Numbered from the stretch's first letter, positions 8,881 to 16,755 are shown. The stretch: 28,812 nt of DNA from a virus (IMGVR_UViG_3300005512_000240:1-28812); one strand, 5' to 3'. The notes: generated by a model not told the origin, from the sequence alone. Program-made: numbers and translations.

Positions 8881-10776
8881 ATGCAAATCAATTACCTGAC
8901 AACCCAAACCGCTGCTGACCAAGCCGTCGAAGAACTTCAAAAAGTTAAAAAAATCTGCCTTGACTTTGAAACAACTGGACTTAGTCCATGGCTAGCTGAA
9001 CCACGCCTGCTGCAGATCTGCGACTCCAGTCCGAGCATCGAAGATCGGACTATCTATGTGTTCGATCTATTTAAGATCAATCCGACAAATGTAATTAAAT
9101 ACGTGGAGCAAACAGAAATGCTTGTAATCCACAATGCGAATTTTGACCTTCAGTTTTTACTGAAGATGGGCGTGGATTATCAAGCAAAAGTATTCGATAC
9201 GATGTTGGCGGAGCGCTGCCTGCGGGCTGGGTTTAAGGAGAAGCGTGTAAGCCCCAAAGCAAACAAACCATATTTCGCTGACATAAGCAACTCTCTAAAG
9301 GCCGTGGCCGAGAGGAGGCTAGAGATCGAAGTTGATAAAGAAGAACAAGCATCCGATTGGTCTCAGGAAGATCTGTCTGAATCTCAGATCGAATACGCAG
9401 CAAAGGACGTTAACATCCTTCCAGAAATTGCTGCCGATCAGCTCAAGGAACTTGCGGAAGAAAATCTGCTGGAGGTCTACACTCTTGAATCAAAATGTAT
9501 CCGCCCTGTGGCACTCATGTGCTATCGAGGGTTTGGTGTGGATCTCAGCAAGTTAACAGCACTAAAATGTCAGATAAGCAAAGAGCTTGACAAAGCCACT
9601 AAAGTATTCTGTGAGTCGCTCGATTCTCGTTTACCTGATGGATCTAAACTCCCGCGTGAGATCGATGGATCTTTGGCTATCGGCAAAAATGCAAAGAAAC
9701 AATTTAATCCTGGATCAGGAGTTCAAGTCCTTAAGTGCCTCAAAACGATTGGAGTTGCTACGCCGCTGGACTCAAGAACTGGAAAGCCAACACTTAATCA
9801 AGTAACACTGGCCGAGTTCAACAGCGACGACAAAACTTTAAATTTATACCGACAGAGGACAAAAATCGAAACCAAACTTGAGCACGTAGAAAAACTGATC
9901 GAAAATATCAATCCTGTTACGCACAGGATCCACAGCGGCTACCGCCAGTACGGAGCTAACAGCGGACGGTTTACCTCGTCTGGAATCAAGCGCACAGCAG
10001 CGTCAAAGGTCAAGAAAGATTTTGGTGTCAACATCCAGCAGGTGCCACGCGGGAAAGAGTTCCGCGAGTGCTTTGTGCCGACCGAAGGTTACTCGCTGAT
10101 CGTTTGTGACTTCAGCCAAATCGAGTTGAGGCTCGGCGCTGAGCTCATCAATATTCCGCAAATGATTGAGGCTTTCCAGAACGGACACGATCTCCATACA
10201 GTTACAGCAAGTCTGATCTACAACATTCCTTTAGAGGAGGTTACGAAAAACCAGCGCCAGGATGGTAAAACTCTTAATTTTGCTCTGTTGTATGGGATGG
10301 GTTTTCGTCGTTATAAGACTTATTCTTCTCAAAGCGGCAAGATGATCACGCTGTCGGAAGCCAAACTCGCCCACGCTGCGTTCCACAGGGCGTACCCAAG
10401 GTTGCGTGAGTGGCACAAGGAACGTGCTGCGCTAGTTGCTGACGGCTGGTGCTACGTCAGAACGCCCATAGGCCGCAGGCGTTTGTTGTCATATGATGAC
10501 GCATCGTTCATGGTGGCAGCAAACACCTTGATTCAAGGGGCTGGAGCCGATATCCTCAAGCTGTCCTTGGCAAACCTAAACGAACACTTAGACGGAATCA
10601 ACTGCCACCTGCTCGCCTGTGTGCACGACGAAATCGTGATCGAGGCAAAGACCGAGAAAGCACAATACTACAAAGAGGTTCTTGAACAATGTATGAAATC
10701 TGCAGCAGAGAAAATCTTAAAGCTGGTTCCTGTCAAAGCAGACGCATCAATGGGGGACAGCTGGGCGGAAAAATGA
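8881..10776 (+). CDS. polA: family A DNA polymerase with 3'-5' exonuclease, no 5'-3' exonuclease domain
   Basis: Exo I DFETTGL, Exo II HNANFD, Exo III YAAKD; motif A DFSQIELR, motif B RQDGKTLNFALLYG, motif C VHDE. Confidence 0.96.
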   Translation: MQINYLTTQTAADQAVEELQKVKKICLDFETTGLSPWLAEPRLLQICDSSPSIEDRTIYVFDLFKINPTNVIKYVEQTEMLVIHNANFDLQFLLKMGVDYQAKVFDTMLAERCLRAGFKEKRVSPKANKPYFADISNSLKAVAERRLEIEVDKEEQASDWSQEDLSESQIEYAAKDVNILPEIAADQLKELAEENLLEVYTLESKCIRPVALMCYRGFGVDLSKLTALKCQISKELDKATKVFCESLDSRLPDGSKLPREIDGSLAIGKNAKKQFNPGSGVQVLKCLKTIGVATPLDSRTGKPTLNQVTLAEFNSDDKTLNLYRQRTKIETKLEHVEKLIENINPVTHRIHSGYRQYGANSGRFTSSGIKRTAASKVKKDFGVNIQQVPRGKEFRECFVPTEGYSLIVCDFSQIELRLGAELINIPQMIEAFQNGHDLHTVTASLIYNIPLEEVTKNQRQDGKTLNFALLYGMGFRRYKTYSSQSGKMITLSEAKLAHAAFHRAYPRLREWHKERAALVADGWCYVRTPIGRRRLLSYDDASFMVAANTLIQGAGADILKLSLANLNEHLDGINCHLLACVHDEIVIEAKTEKAQYYKEVLEQCMKSAAEKILKLVPVKADASMGDSWAEK

Positions 10777-11345
10777 GTGAAGATCTGCTAAGGTCTTATA
10801 CACGAGTTTCCGAGAACGAATTGCAGATCCTCGATATTCCCACGCTGGACAAAGAGATCTTCACAGCCAAAACCGACGAAGGTTACGTCGGGTGTTTCCG
10901 TTTGGATAAAGGAGTTTTCTTTACTGCTGACTGTTATACGTCTGCACTGACTGCAGCCAATGCAGCAAGAAAACTCAAAAAAGATCTTGTTCAAGAAAAC
11001 AAGATCAAAGTAACTGTGAAAACAAAACAAACAAAAACTAAAAAGAGTAGCCTCAAAAACAGAAAAAGCCTAAAATACCCGTGGCGTTTGTACACCAGCG
11101 ACGAGGTCGATCGTATGCCTCTCCTTAAATTTAGAGAGGTCTGGGTCATCATCAAAGGTGATGAATTCGTTTCAGACGCTTTAAACCAAGAAAAGAAAAA
11201 GCTTGTTGAGTTCGTTCCCACGCGGGAAAACGCTCGTTTCTTCACGTGTCATGAAGAAGCCAAGAGAATTATGCGCGTGCTCAAATCAACAGTTGGTCCT
11301 AAGTTTGGCCTCAAAAGATTTTTTATCAGTAGCGAAGACAGTTAG
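10773..11345 (+). CDS. hypothetical protein with Lys-rich linker
   Basis: Likely start ATG 10773 (ATGA overlap with the polymerase stop); 190 aa. Confidence 0.75.
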   Translation: MSEDLLRSYTRVSENELQILDIPTLDKEIFTAKTDEGYVGCFRLDKGVFFTADCYTSALTAANAARKLKKDLVQENKIKVTVKTKQTKTKKSSLKNRKSLKYPWRLYTSDEVDRMPLLKFREVWVIIKGDEFVSDALNQEKKKLVEFVPTRENARFFTCHEEAKRIMRVLKSTVGPKFGLKRFFISSEDS

Positions 11346-11369
11346 AATACAGAAAAATAAAAAAGAGAG

Positions 11370-12128
11370 ATGGCTTCTGCAACTACATCACCGTTATATT
11401 TTGCTGGGTCTCGTTTTGGATTGTCCTTAAGAGAGCTTGCAGAAAAATATGGTTTAACAGAAGATCAACCCGAAACTAAATACACTGAAGTTAAAACGAC
11501 TCAACCTACAAAAGAAAATAAATTTCTTTCTTCTTATTTAAGAGAAGCTAAATACTCTGGAGAAGAAAGACAAAAAGCTATAGCAGAGTCTGAAAGAAAA
11601 GCAGTTACAGAAACAGAAGGCTTTGGTGACTATGATGCGGGATACCTTAAACCCGGAGCTCCAGTTGGTCCAGCTGGAATAAGTGCTGCCACGGGGGGAC
11701 TGTTTATCAATCTTAACAATGTACTTTACCCCGAGTTGGTTAAAAACAAAATTAGACCTATTGAACAAATAGGAAAATACAAAGGATATGGAGGATTTAC
11801 AAAACTAACTGGCTCAATTGGCAAAGCAGGAATTGAACGAGCAGCTGCTCATTTAAATATTTCGCCACAAGAAGCTGCAAAGAAAGCACAAGCTCAAGGA
11901 ACTACCTTAGGGCCTAAGGCTGTGTCAGCATATGGGTCGTCACCTACAATAGAGTCAATCGGGAAACGAGAGGCCCAACCCCAGTATCAGCAAATGACTG
12001 GCTCAATTGGTAAAGCAGGACTTGAACGAGCAGCTGCTAAATTAGGAATTTCGCCACAAGAAGCTGCAAAGAAAGCACAAGCTCAAGGAACTACCTTAGG
12101 GCCTGCAGCTAAAGCATTACTTACCTAA
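11370..12128 (+). CDS. leader plus 2x repeat-domain protein (paralog family)
   Basis: N-terminal PLYFAGSRFGL..ELAEKYGLTEDQ; two copies of GSIGKAG[IL]ERAAA.L.ISPQEAAKKAQAQGTTLGP. Confidence 0.85.
   Translation: MASATTSPLYFAGSRFGLSLRELAEKYGLTEDQPETKYTEVKTTQPTKENKFLSSYLREAKYSGEERQKAIAESERKAVTETEGFGDYDAGYLKPGAPVGPAGISAATGGLFINLNNVLYPELVKNKIRPIEQIGKYKGYGGFTKLTGSIGKAGIERAAAHLNISPQEAAKKAQAQGTTLGPKAVSAYGSSPTIESIGKREAQPQYQQMTGSIGKAGLERAAAKLGISPQEAAKKAQAQGTTLGPAAKALLT
11808..12104 (+). repeat. 108-bp intragenic direct repeat (11808-11915 and 11997-12104)
   Basis: Copies offset by 189 nt (63 codons); the last 57 bp are identical. Confidence 0.9.
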
Positions 12129-12155
12129 TACGTTTAAAATAAAAAATAAAAGTCA

Positions 12156-12410
12156 ATGGCTATTAGGTACGCAGGACAAATTTTTTCTCGCCCGGTGGCA
12201 GAGGACCGAGAGCCTACTTCTTACTTGACAGACTACTTTCCTGATCTGAAAGATTTGAGTAAGAAAGGAAGTGTGTCTGCCATGGGAGAAGCTCGTTCTA
12301 CGAGTGGGTTTCAAGCGGTAGCTCCGTTTGCTGGGTTTAAGCCGATGCAAAAGCAGGAAGAAAAGCAAATAGGAACTGAATTTGCTGGCTACAAGCCCAT
12401 GGGTTATTAA
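12156..12410 (+). CDS. small hypothetical protein with IRYAG leader and FAG[FY]KPM repeat
   Basis: 84 aa; ATG start with TAAAAT upstream; internal duplicated motif. Confidence 0.75.
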   Translation: MAIRYAGQIFSRPVAEDREPTSYLTDYFPDLKDLSKKGSVSAMGEARSTSGFQAVAPFAGFKPMQKQEEKQIGTEFAGYKPMGY

Positions 12411-12445
12411 AATAGCTTACAATCAATAAAAAGGCTAAGTTTAAA

Positions 12446-13357
12446 GTGGCTCTTACGTACAATCTTCCTTTAGCTGGCACTCGTTTTGGATTAACTCAAA
12501 AAGAGTTAGCAGAAAGATACGGGCTGACAGAAGATCAAGCTGAAGGTATATACACTGAGTTTGGTGAAACTCAGCCCATGAAAAGGACGGAAACGGTTCA
12601 TAAAGGTCGTGGTATTGGTACGTTGGGATATCAAGTCGGAGGTCAGCCCACACGAACGGAAACTATATTTGAAAGTTTTACGCCGGATTACGAACCTCCT
12701 AAAACAACTGAAGAAGCGCCGCAAGCGCCGCCACAGCAAGAACTTGCAAATCGTTTGCTTAGCAGTTTTATAGGAGAAAAAGGAATTAAAGGAATTGTTG
12801 GCGCAACAGCACTAGGACGAGCACTGGAGTATGGGTACACACCAGAAGACATCACAAGTCTGGCCAAACAAGAAGGACTTACGTTCGGACCCAATTCAAC
12901 ACGTGCTTTAGAATTGCCCTACTCTTCTGACTTAACTAAAGCGCGAGGAGCTCAGGCTGATCCAAACTACCCGAATGCTTTAGGTTTATCAGCAGTTAAA
13001 CGTCTTGAGGACCAAGGATATAGTCAGCAAGCAATCCTAAGCTTAGCAGGAGAACAAGGAATTAAATTTGGAGAAGATGCTTCTATTTATTTAGGAGGTG
13101 CGCCACGGGTGTCGGCACCTGCACCTAAACCTGCACGAGCTTCTTCATCAGCGCCTACATTGACACCTTGGACAGCTCCACGGAGTTCGTCTCCTAGTGA
13201 TATTACCTCACACATTAATGTAGGAGGTCAAGCGAGCGCAGGATATATGGGTAAAGCTGCAGTTGAGAGAGCGAAAGCCGCAGGTTTAAGTTCGGCAGAA
13301 ATTCAAAGGCAAGCAGCCGCTAAAGGTCTGAAGTTTGGATCAGACGTTTCTTTCTAA
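12446..13357 (+). CDS. leader plus 3x repeat-domain protein (paralog family)
   Basis: N-terminal LPLAGTRFGL..ELAERYGLTEDQ homologous to 11370; three G..A[LV].R....G[YL]...I...A...G[LI].FG units. Confidence 0.85.
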   Translation: MALTYNLPLAGTRFGLTQKELAERYGLTEDQAEGIYTEFGETQPMKRTETVHKGRGIGTLGYQVGGQPTRTETIFESFTPDYEPPKTTEEAPQAPPQQELANRLLSSFIGEKGIKGIVGATALGRALEYGYTPEDITSLAKQEGLTFGPNSTRALELPYSSDLTKARGAQADPNYPNALGLSAVKRLEDQGYSQQAILSLAGEQGIKFGEDASIYLGGAPRVSAPAPKPARASSSAPTLTPWTAPRSSSPSDITSHINVGGQASAGYMGKAAVERAKAAGLSSAEIQRQAAAKGLKFGSDVSF

Positions 13358-13410
13358 CGACAAAAGCAAAAGTGCTGCTATATTGATAGCGAAGTTTACT
13401 CCCTAAACTC

Positions 13411-13587
13411 ATGGCCTCCACTCTAAATTCTTTTGTTGGACCCAACGGAACTGAAGGTTTCGTGGGACTGGCTGCAGTAAACCGGGCTCGCGAAGCTGGT
13501 TACTCTGATCAGAAAATCCAAGAAATGGCTAAAGAAGAAAATCTGCAGTTTGGTGCAGATGCAGAAAAAAGCCTTGCTGCTGCTTGA
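13411..13587 (+). CDS. 58-aa single repeat-domain protein (not in ORF track)
   Basis: MASTLNSFVGPNGTEGFVGLAAVNRAREAGYSDQKIQEMAKEENLQFGADAEKSLAAA; clear match to the repeats in 12446-13357; TGcTATATT extended -10 upstream. Confidence 0.85.
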   Translation: MASTLNSFVGPNGTEGFVGLAAVNRAREAGYSDQKIQEMAKEENLQFGADAEKSLAAA

Positions 13588-13594
13588 ATAAGCA

Positions 13595-14149
13595 GTGCAT
13601 CAAAAAGACAACTACTGTCTAAAACTACAAAAGTCAAACAAAAACCTAAAACTAGCAATCAAAGCAAACGATGCGTCCCACGCGCAGGCGCAAGCACTGG
13701 ATATCTGCCGAAGTCTTTCGGCAGACCAGTTCACTCTTTTATACGAAGAACACAACAATACCAAGCTCAGTGAGCTTTTTAAAAAACTAGCATATAGCGA
13801 TTTCAGCCATAATGAATGTTTTGAGTGGAGTAGTTCTTATACAAACGGATGTCCTGCAATTTATTTATTCGGCAAGCGGTTTTACGTCCGACCGTTGATC
13901 CTGGATTACATGGACATGAACAGAGATAACTTTGTGAAGATGACGTGCAAGAACAAACGATGCGTAAACCCATATCATTTCTCGTACACGCCCGCAAAAG
14001 CATCGAAGCTAACTGGCGGAGACAAGCAAATGATGCTAGCCTTCGCGAGCCAAGGCGTAAGCGTTCAGCAAATTGCCGAGGCACTCAAGGTCCATCGAAC
14101 AACCGTTTACCGCAACCTAAACAATGAACGTCTTCATTCTGGGACTTAA
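13595..14149 (+). CDS. degenerate HNH (His-Me finger) domain fused to a C-terminal HTH
   Basis: ECFEW...TCKNKRCVNPYHF Zn-loop; VSVQQIAEALKVHRTTVYRNL HTH. Confidence 0.75.
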   Translation: MHQKDNYCLKLQKSNKNLKLAIKANDASHAQAQALDICRSLSADQFTLLYEEHNNTKLSELFKKLAYSDFSHNECFEWSSSYTNGCPAIYLFGKRFYVRPLILDYMDMNRDNFVKMTCKNKRCVNPYHFSYTPAKASKLTGGDKQMMLAFASQGVSVQQIAEALKVHRTTVYRNLNNERLHSGT

Positions 14150-14768
14150 GGTCACAGAGACAGCACAGCACAACGACGGAAAATGCAACGTGATCGCCGA
14201 AGCACTCCCATCGAGTGAACGGCGAGTCTCAACTCGAGTCCAGCTTATCCAAAAATCAGATCACTACGTCGGAAAACTTCTCGACCAGCTCGAAGAAGGC
14301 GAGGAGCTTTTGGCCATTGGTCCTACGAGGGCCACACCGGACGGCATCCTTCAAATGCAGCCGATGCTTGTCGTCACTCGTGACAACTTTACCGACATCC
14401 TTGCCGTCAATACCTTCATGGCTTGCGGCGGACTCGGTCCCAAGGCTGACGAAGTCGAACTCACCGACACCACGGTGACCAATCGCTCTTTGGCATGGCA
14501 GGACGAAGGTAAAGAAACCCAGTGGTTCAAGCTCAGTTGCTGGGGCGATCTATCCAAGCAACTGTCTGAACTTGCACCAGGCACACCTACTATCGCTGTG
14601 GGTAGTGTTTCTACAAGCGAAAAAGACGAAAAGAACTACCTTAACTACAAGGTGGACAAGATTCTCTACCTTCCTAAGATGTCGAAGCAGGCACCCAAAA
14701 AAGCTGCGGATCCTGAGAAGGGTCGCGTTGCACCTGCTGCTATCGGTTCTGTTGATTTCTCTCTTTGA
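14124..14768 (+). CDS. ssb: single-stranded DNA-binding protein, probably two tandem OB folds
   Basis: C-terminal half N...GGLG...ETQWFKLSCWG..S..L..L..G....VGSV is SSB-like; N-terminal half shows a parallel pattern (MNVFIL...LEEGEELLAIG). Confidence 0.75.
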   Translation: MNVFILGLKVTETAQHNDGKCNVIAEALPSSERRVSTRVQLIQKSDHYVGKLLDQLEEGEELLAIGPTRATPDGILQMQPMLVVTRDNFTDILAVNTFMACGGLGPKADEVELTDTTVTNRSLAWQDEGKETQWFKLSCWGDLSKQLSELAPGTPTIAVGSVSTSEKDEKNYLNYKVDKILYLPKMSKQAPKKAADPEKGRVAPAAIGSVDFSL

Positions 14769-14787
14769 CTCTCCTGCTTACTGACTA

Positions 14788-15615
14788 ATGACTTTTATTG
14801 CTGGCAAATTTGCTGCGGATGAGATCCTCTGTCAGATTCCACCGCACACACTTCGCATCGATCTTCAGGCACGTCGCTGGAAGTCAGATAACGATCCGGA
14901 CTCCGCCATCGTCGATAGTAATGACAATGGGATACCGATCGAATTTATCCTTCTGGGTTTCACCCCGTTCTTCGGAAACTTGGGGATGCGGACTCATGAG
15001 GAGTTTATTCGTATTGCCTACATTGGGGTCAGTCCTTCTCATAGGCTCCTTCCTCCACGCTGTGTCACAACTAGCATCATTAGCGGGAAGTCTTCTCAGA
15101 AAAACTTTATCTCGTACTTCCAAAACCTGTACAACAATCGCATCAGCGTTGTCGATGTAATCACGAGCACTAAGTTTGTGACCAAATCGTTTAACGAGCG
15201 CGATCCTGTTACCGGAGCTGATGGTGCAAAGATCAACTTTAATTGTCTAGAGTTCAAGGACAGGCCGCCGCAGAATGACGAAGAACGAGATCTTCGCGAA
15301 GACATTGACATCTGGCTGGGATCAGATGGTCGAGATTTGGTGGGTTCTGCACTTAAATCTCATATCTCCGGCGCGAATCTCATCGAGCTACCTTTGGGAT
15401 CAGATCACAAAGAACTCAAGGACGCTTTTATCGAATCCAATCCGAAGCATCTGGAGGGTCAGGCAGGCGGCTTGGCTGCACTCCCGGCAGGCGCCGGGGA
15501 TCCTAAGGCGTCACCTAAGAAAGATTCTGAGCCACCGGCACCTAAGGCGTCTAAATCAAAGGATCTGACCGATGAGCAGAAGCAGGCTTTGAAAGATGCT
15601 GGTCTAGACTTCTGA
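14788..15615 (+). CDS. hypothetical replication-module protein (possible ssDNA-binding/recombination protein)
   Basis: 275 aa directly after ssb; beta-rich core, Pro/Ala/Lys linker, ends ...GLDF; function inferred from context only. Confidence 0.55.
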   Translation: MTFIAGKFAADEILCQIPPHTLRIDLQARRWKSDNDPDSAIVDSNDNGIPIEFILLGFTPFFGNLGMRTHEEFIRIAYIGVSPSHRLLPPRCVTTSIISGKSSQKNFISYFQNLYNNRISVVDVITSTKFVTKSFNERDPVTGADGAKINFNCLEFKDRPPQNDEERDLREDIDIWLGSDGRDLVGSALKSHISGANLIELPLGSDHKELKDAFIESNPKHLEGQAGGLAALPAGAGDPKASPKKDSEPPAPKASKSKDLTDEQKQALKDAGLDF

Positions 15616-15640
15616 ATGGAAGGGCAAACCCTGCTAGACG

Positions 15641-15669
15641 GACCGCTCAAAAGGGCGGTCTTTTTTTTT
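15641..15669 (+). terminator. rho-independent terminator
   Basis: GACCGCTC-aaaa-GGGCGGTC stem followed by a T run, between convergent genes. Confidence 0.85.
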
Positions 15670-15905
15670 CAGTCTTCCCAAAGCTCATTGAGCGGTGGTA
15701 ACATCATGCCTTGTCGGGCGCAATGTTTAACTAAGTTATTAAACATTTTTGATCGAATCAAATAATTCGTATGGATTATTTCTAGTATTTCTATAAGTTC
15801 TTTTTTATCGAGTTTCTCAGCCTCCGCCTTAAACCTTTGATTTAAAAATTGCTGCTCTAGGGATAAGAAACCCTGAAGCTTTTCAAAAATTTTGTTCGAA
15901 TCCAT
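15669..15905 (-). CDS. nblA: NblA-like phycobilisome degradation protein
   Basis: LSLEQQF signature followed by two helices ending LVKH; size and spacing match cyanobacterial NblA. Confidence 0.8.
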   Translation of the reverse strand: MDSNKIFEKLQGFLSLEQQFLNQRFKAEAEKLDKKELIEILEIIHTNYLIRSKMFNNLVKHCARQGMMLPPLNELWED

Positions 15906-16422
15906 GTTCTACCAAGTCCCCCAAAATATTTTTTCCCCAGTTGCAGAGAAAAATCTGATCAATGGATCGGTACTGGTTATCAATGATTACGAGAACCAGT
16001 TGGCTAATCAAATCAGAAAAACTGGCGTTGAGGAAATTTACTCCAGCACTCTAGACCAGATTATCGATTCTGACTTTTGGCAAAACCACGTTGCGATCGA
16101 TTGGGTCGTCGGAATCACTCAGGGGCTGCGAGATATAACAGAGTGGGTTACCCACTGTGGAATGGCTAAAGCGTCTAAAGGATTATGTATTCTGGATAGA
16201 ATTACTTTCCTCGAACCTGCCCGACAAAGAGCTGAAATTTTGAATTCACAAACTTTAAAAAATATAGTGATCCTATCCCCTCGACCATCATTCCGTACGG
16301 ATAGCAAGAAACTAAAGGACTCGGTGACGTCAGCGTGGTTTGTGTTCTCGAAAGATCACTCAGCTGCGGCGGATACAAAAATCGATTTCGCTATAAACTG
16401 GGATCGCCCAAAGATCTCCTAA
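15904..16422 (+). CDS. phage DNA N6-adenine methyltransferase-like protein with degenerate catalytic motifs
   Basis: FYQVP, DF....IDWVV, LDRITFLEP...R, RPSF and DSVTSAWFVF match the small phage MTase pattern, but NPP[FY] and the EPxxGxG SAM loop are absent; start placed at ATG 15904. Confidence 0.6.
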   Translation: MFYQVPQNIFSPVAEKNLINGSVLVINDYENQLANQIRKTGVEEIYSSTLDQIIDSDFWQNHVAIDWVVGITQGLRDITEWVTHCGMAKASKGLCILDRITFLEPARQRAEILNSQTLKNIVILSPRPSFRTDSKKLKDSVTSAWFVFSKDHSAAADTKIDFAINWDRPKIS

Positions 16423-16425
16423 GCC

Positions 16426-16755
16426 GTGGCCTCAAAATTGCAAAAGCTTCTGGAGAAGATGATCGAACTCCAGCTACAGCAGAACGCCAAGCTCGATCGG
16501 CTCGCTGCAATTTCGATAAGCCAACAGCTCCTCACCGAATGCATTGATCACCACGGTAACGCTCGCGATGCGGAGACCTGTGCCGAGATCGTAGCTGAAT
16601 CTTTCTCCGCTGGGTTGTGTCTGTTAGGTGAGCTTGAGCAACGAAATAAAGCTTATCTCTACCAGATGCAGGAGTTCTTTATCGGTGAACCTGACGAAGA
16701 AGAAGAGGATGATGACGACGAAGAAACTCCTCCTGGTCTAGTAAATTCGTTCTAA
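16426..16755 (+). CDS. hypothetical protein with acidic C-terminal tail
   Basis: 109 aa, GTG start 3 nt after the previous stop; EPDEEEEDDDDEE tail. Confidence 0.75.
   Translation: MASKLQKLLEKMIELQLQQNAKLDRLAAISISQQLLTECIDHHGNARDAETCAEIVAESFSAGLCLLGELEQRNKAYLYQMQEFFIGEPDEEEEDDDDEETPPGLVNSF

Noticed and set aside
8881-10776. Polymerase as part of a modified-base (e.g. Z-DNA) system, or intein-containing
   Set aside because: No purZ/datZ-like or other base-modification genes in the window, ordinary motifs (Phe in KTLNF), and no intein-sized insertion
11808-12104. Repeat pair as a diversity-generating retroelement TR/VR or a CRISPR array
   Set aside because: Mismatches are not adenine-specific, both copies are in frame in one gene, there is no reverse transcriptase, and there is no repeat-spacer periodicity
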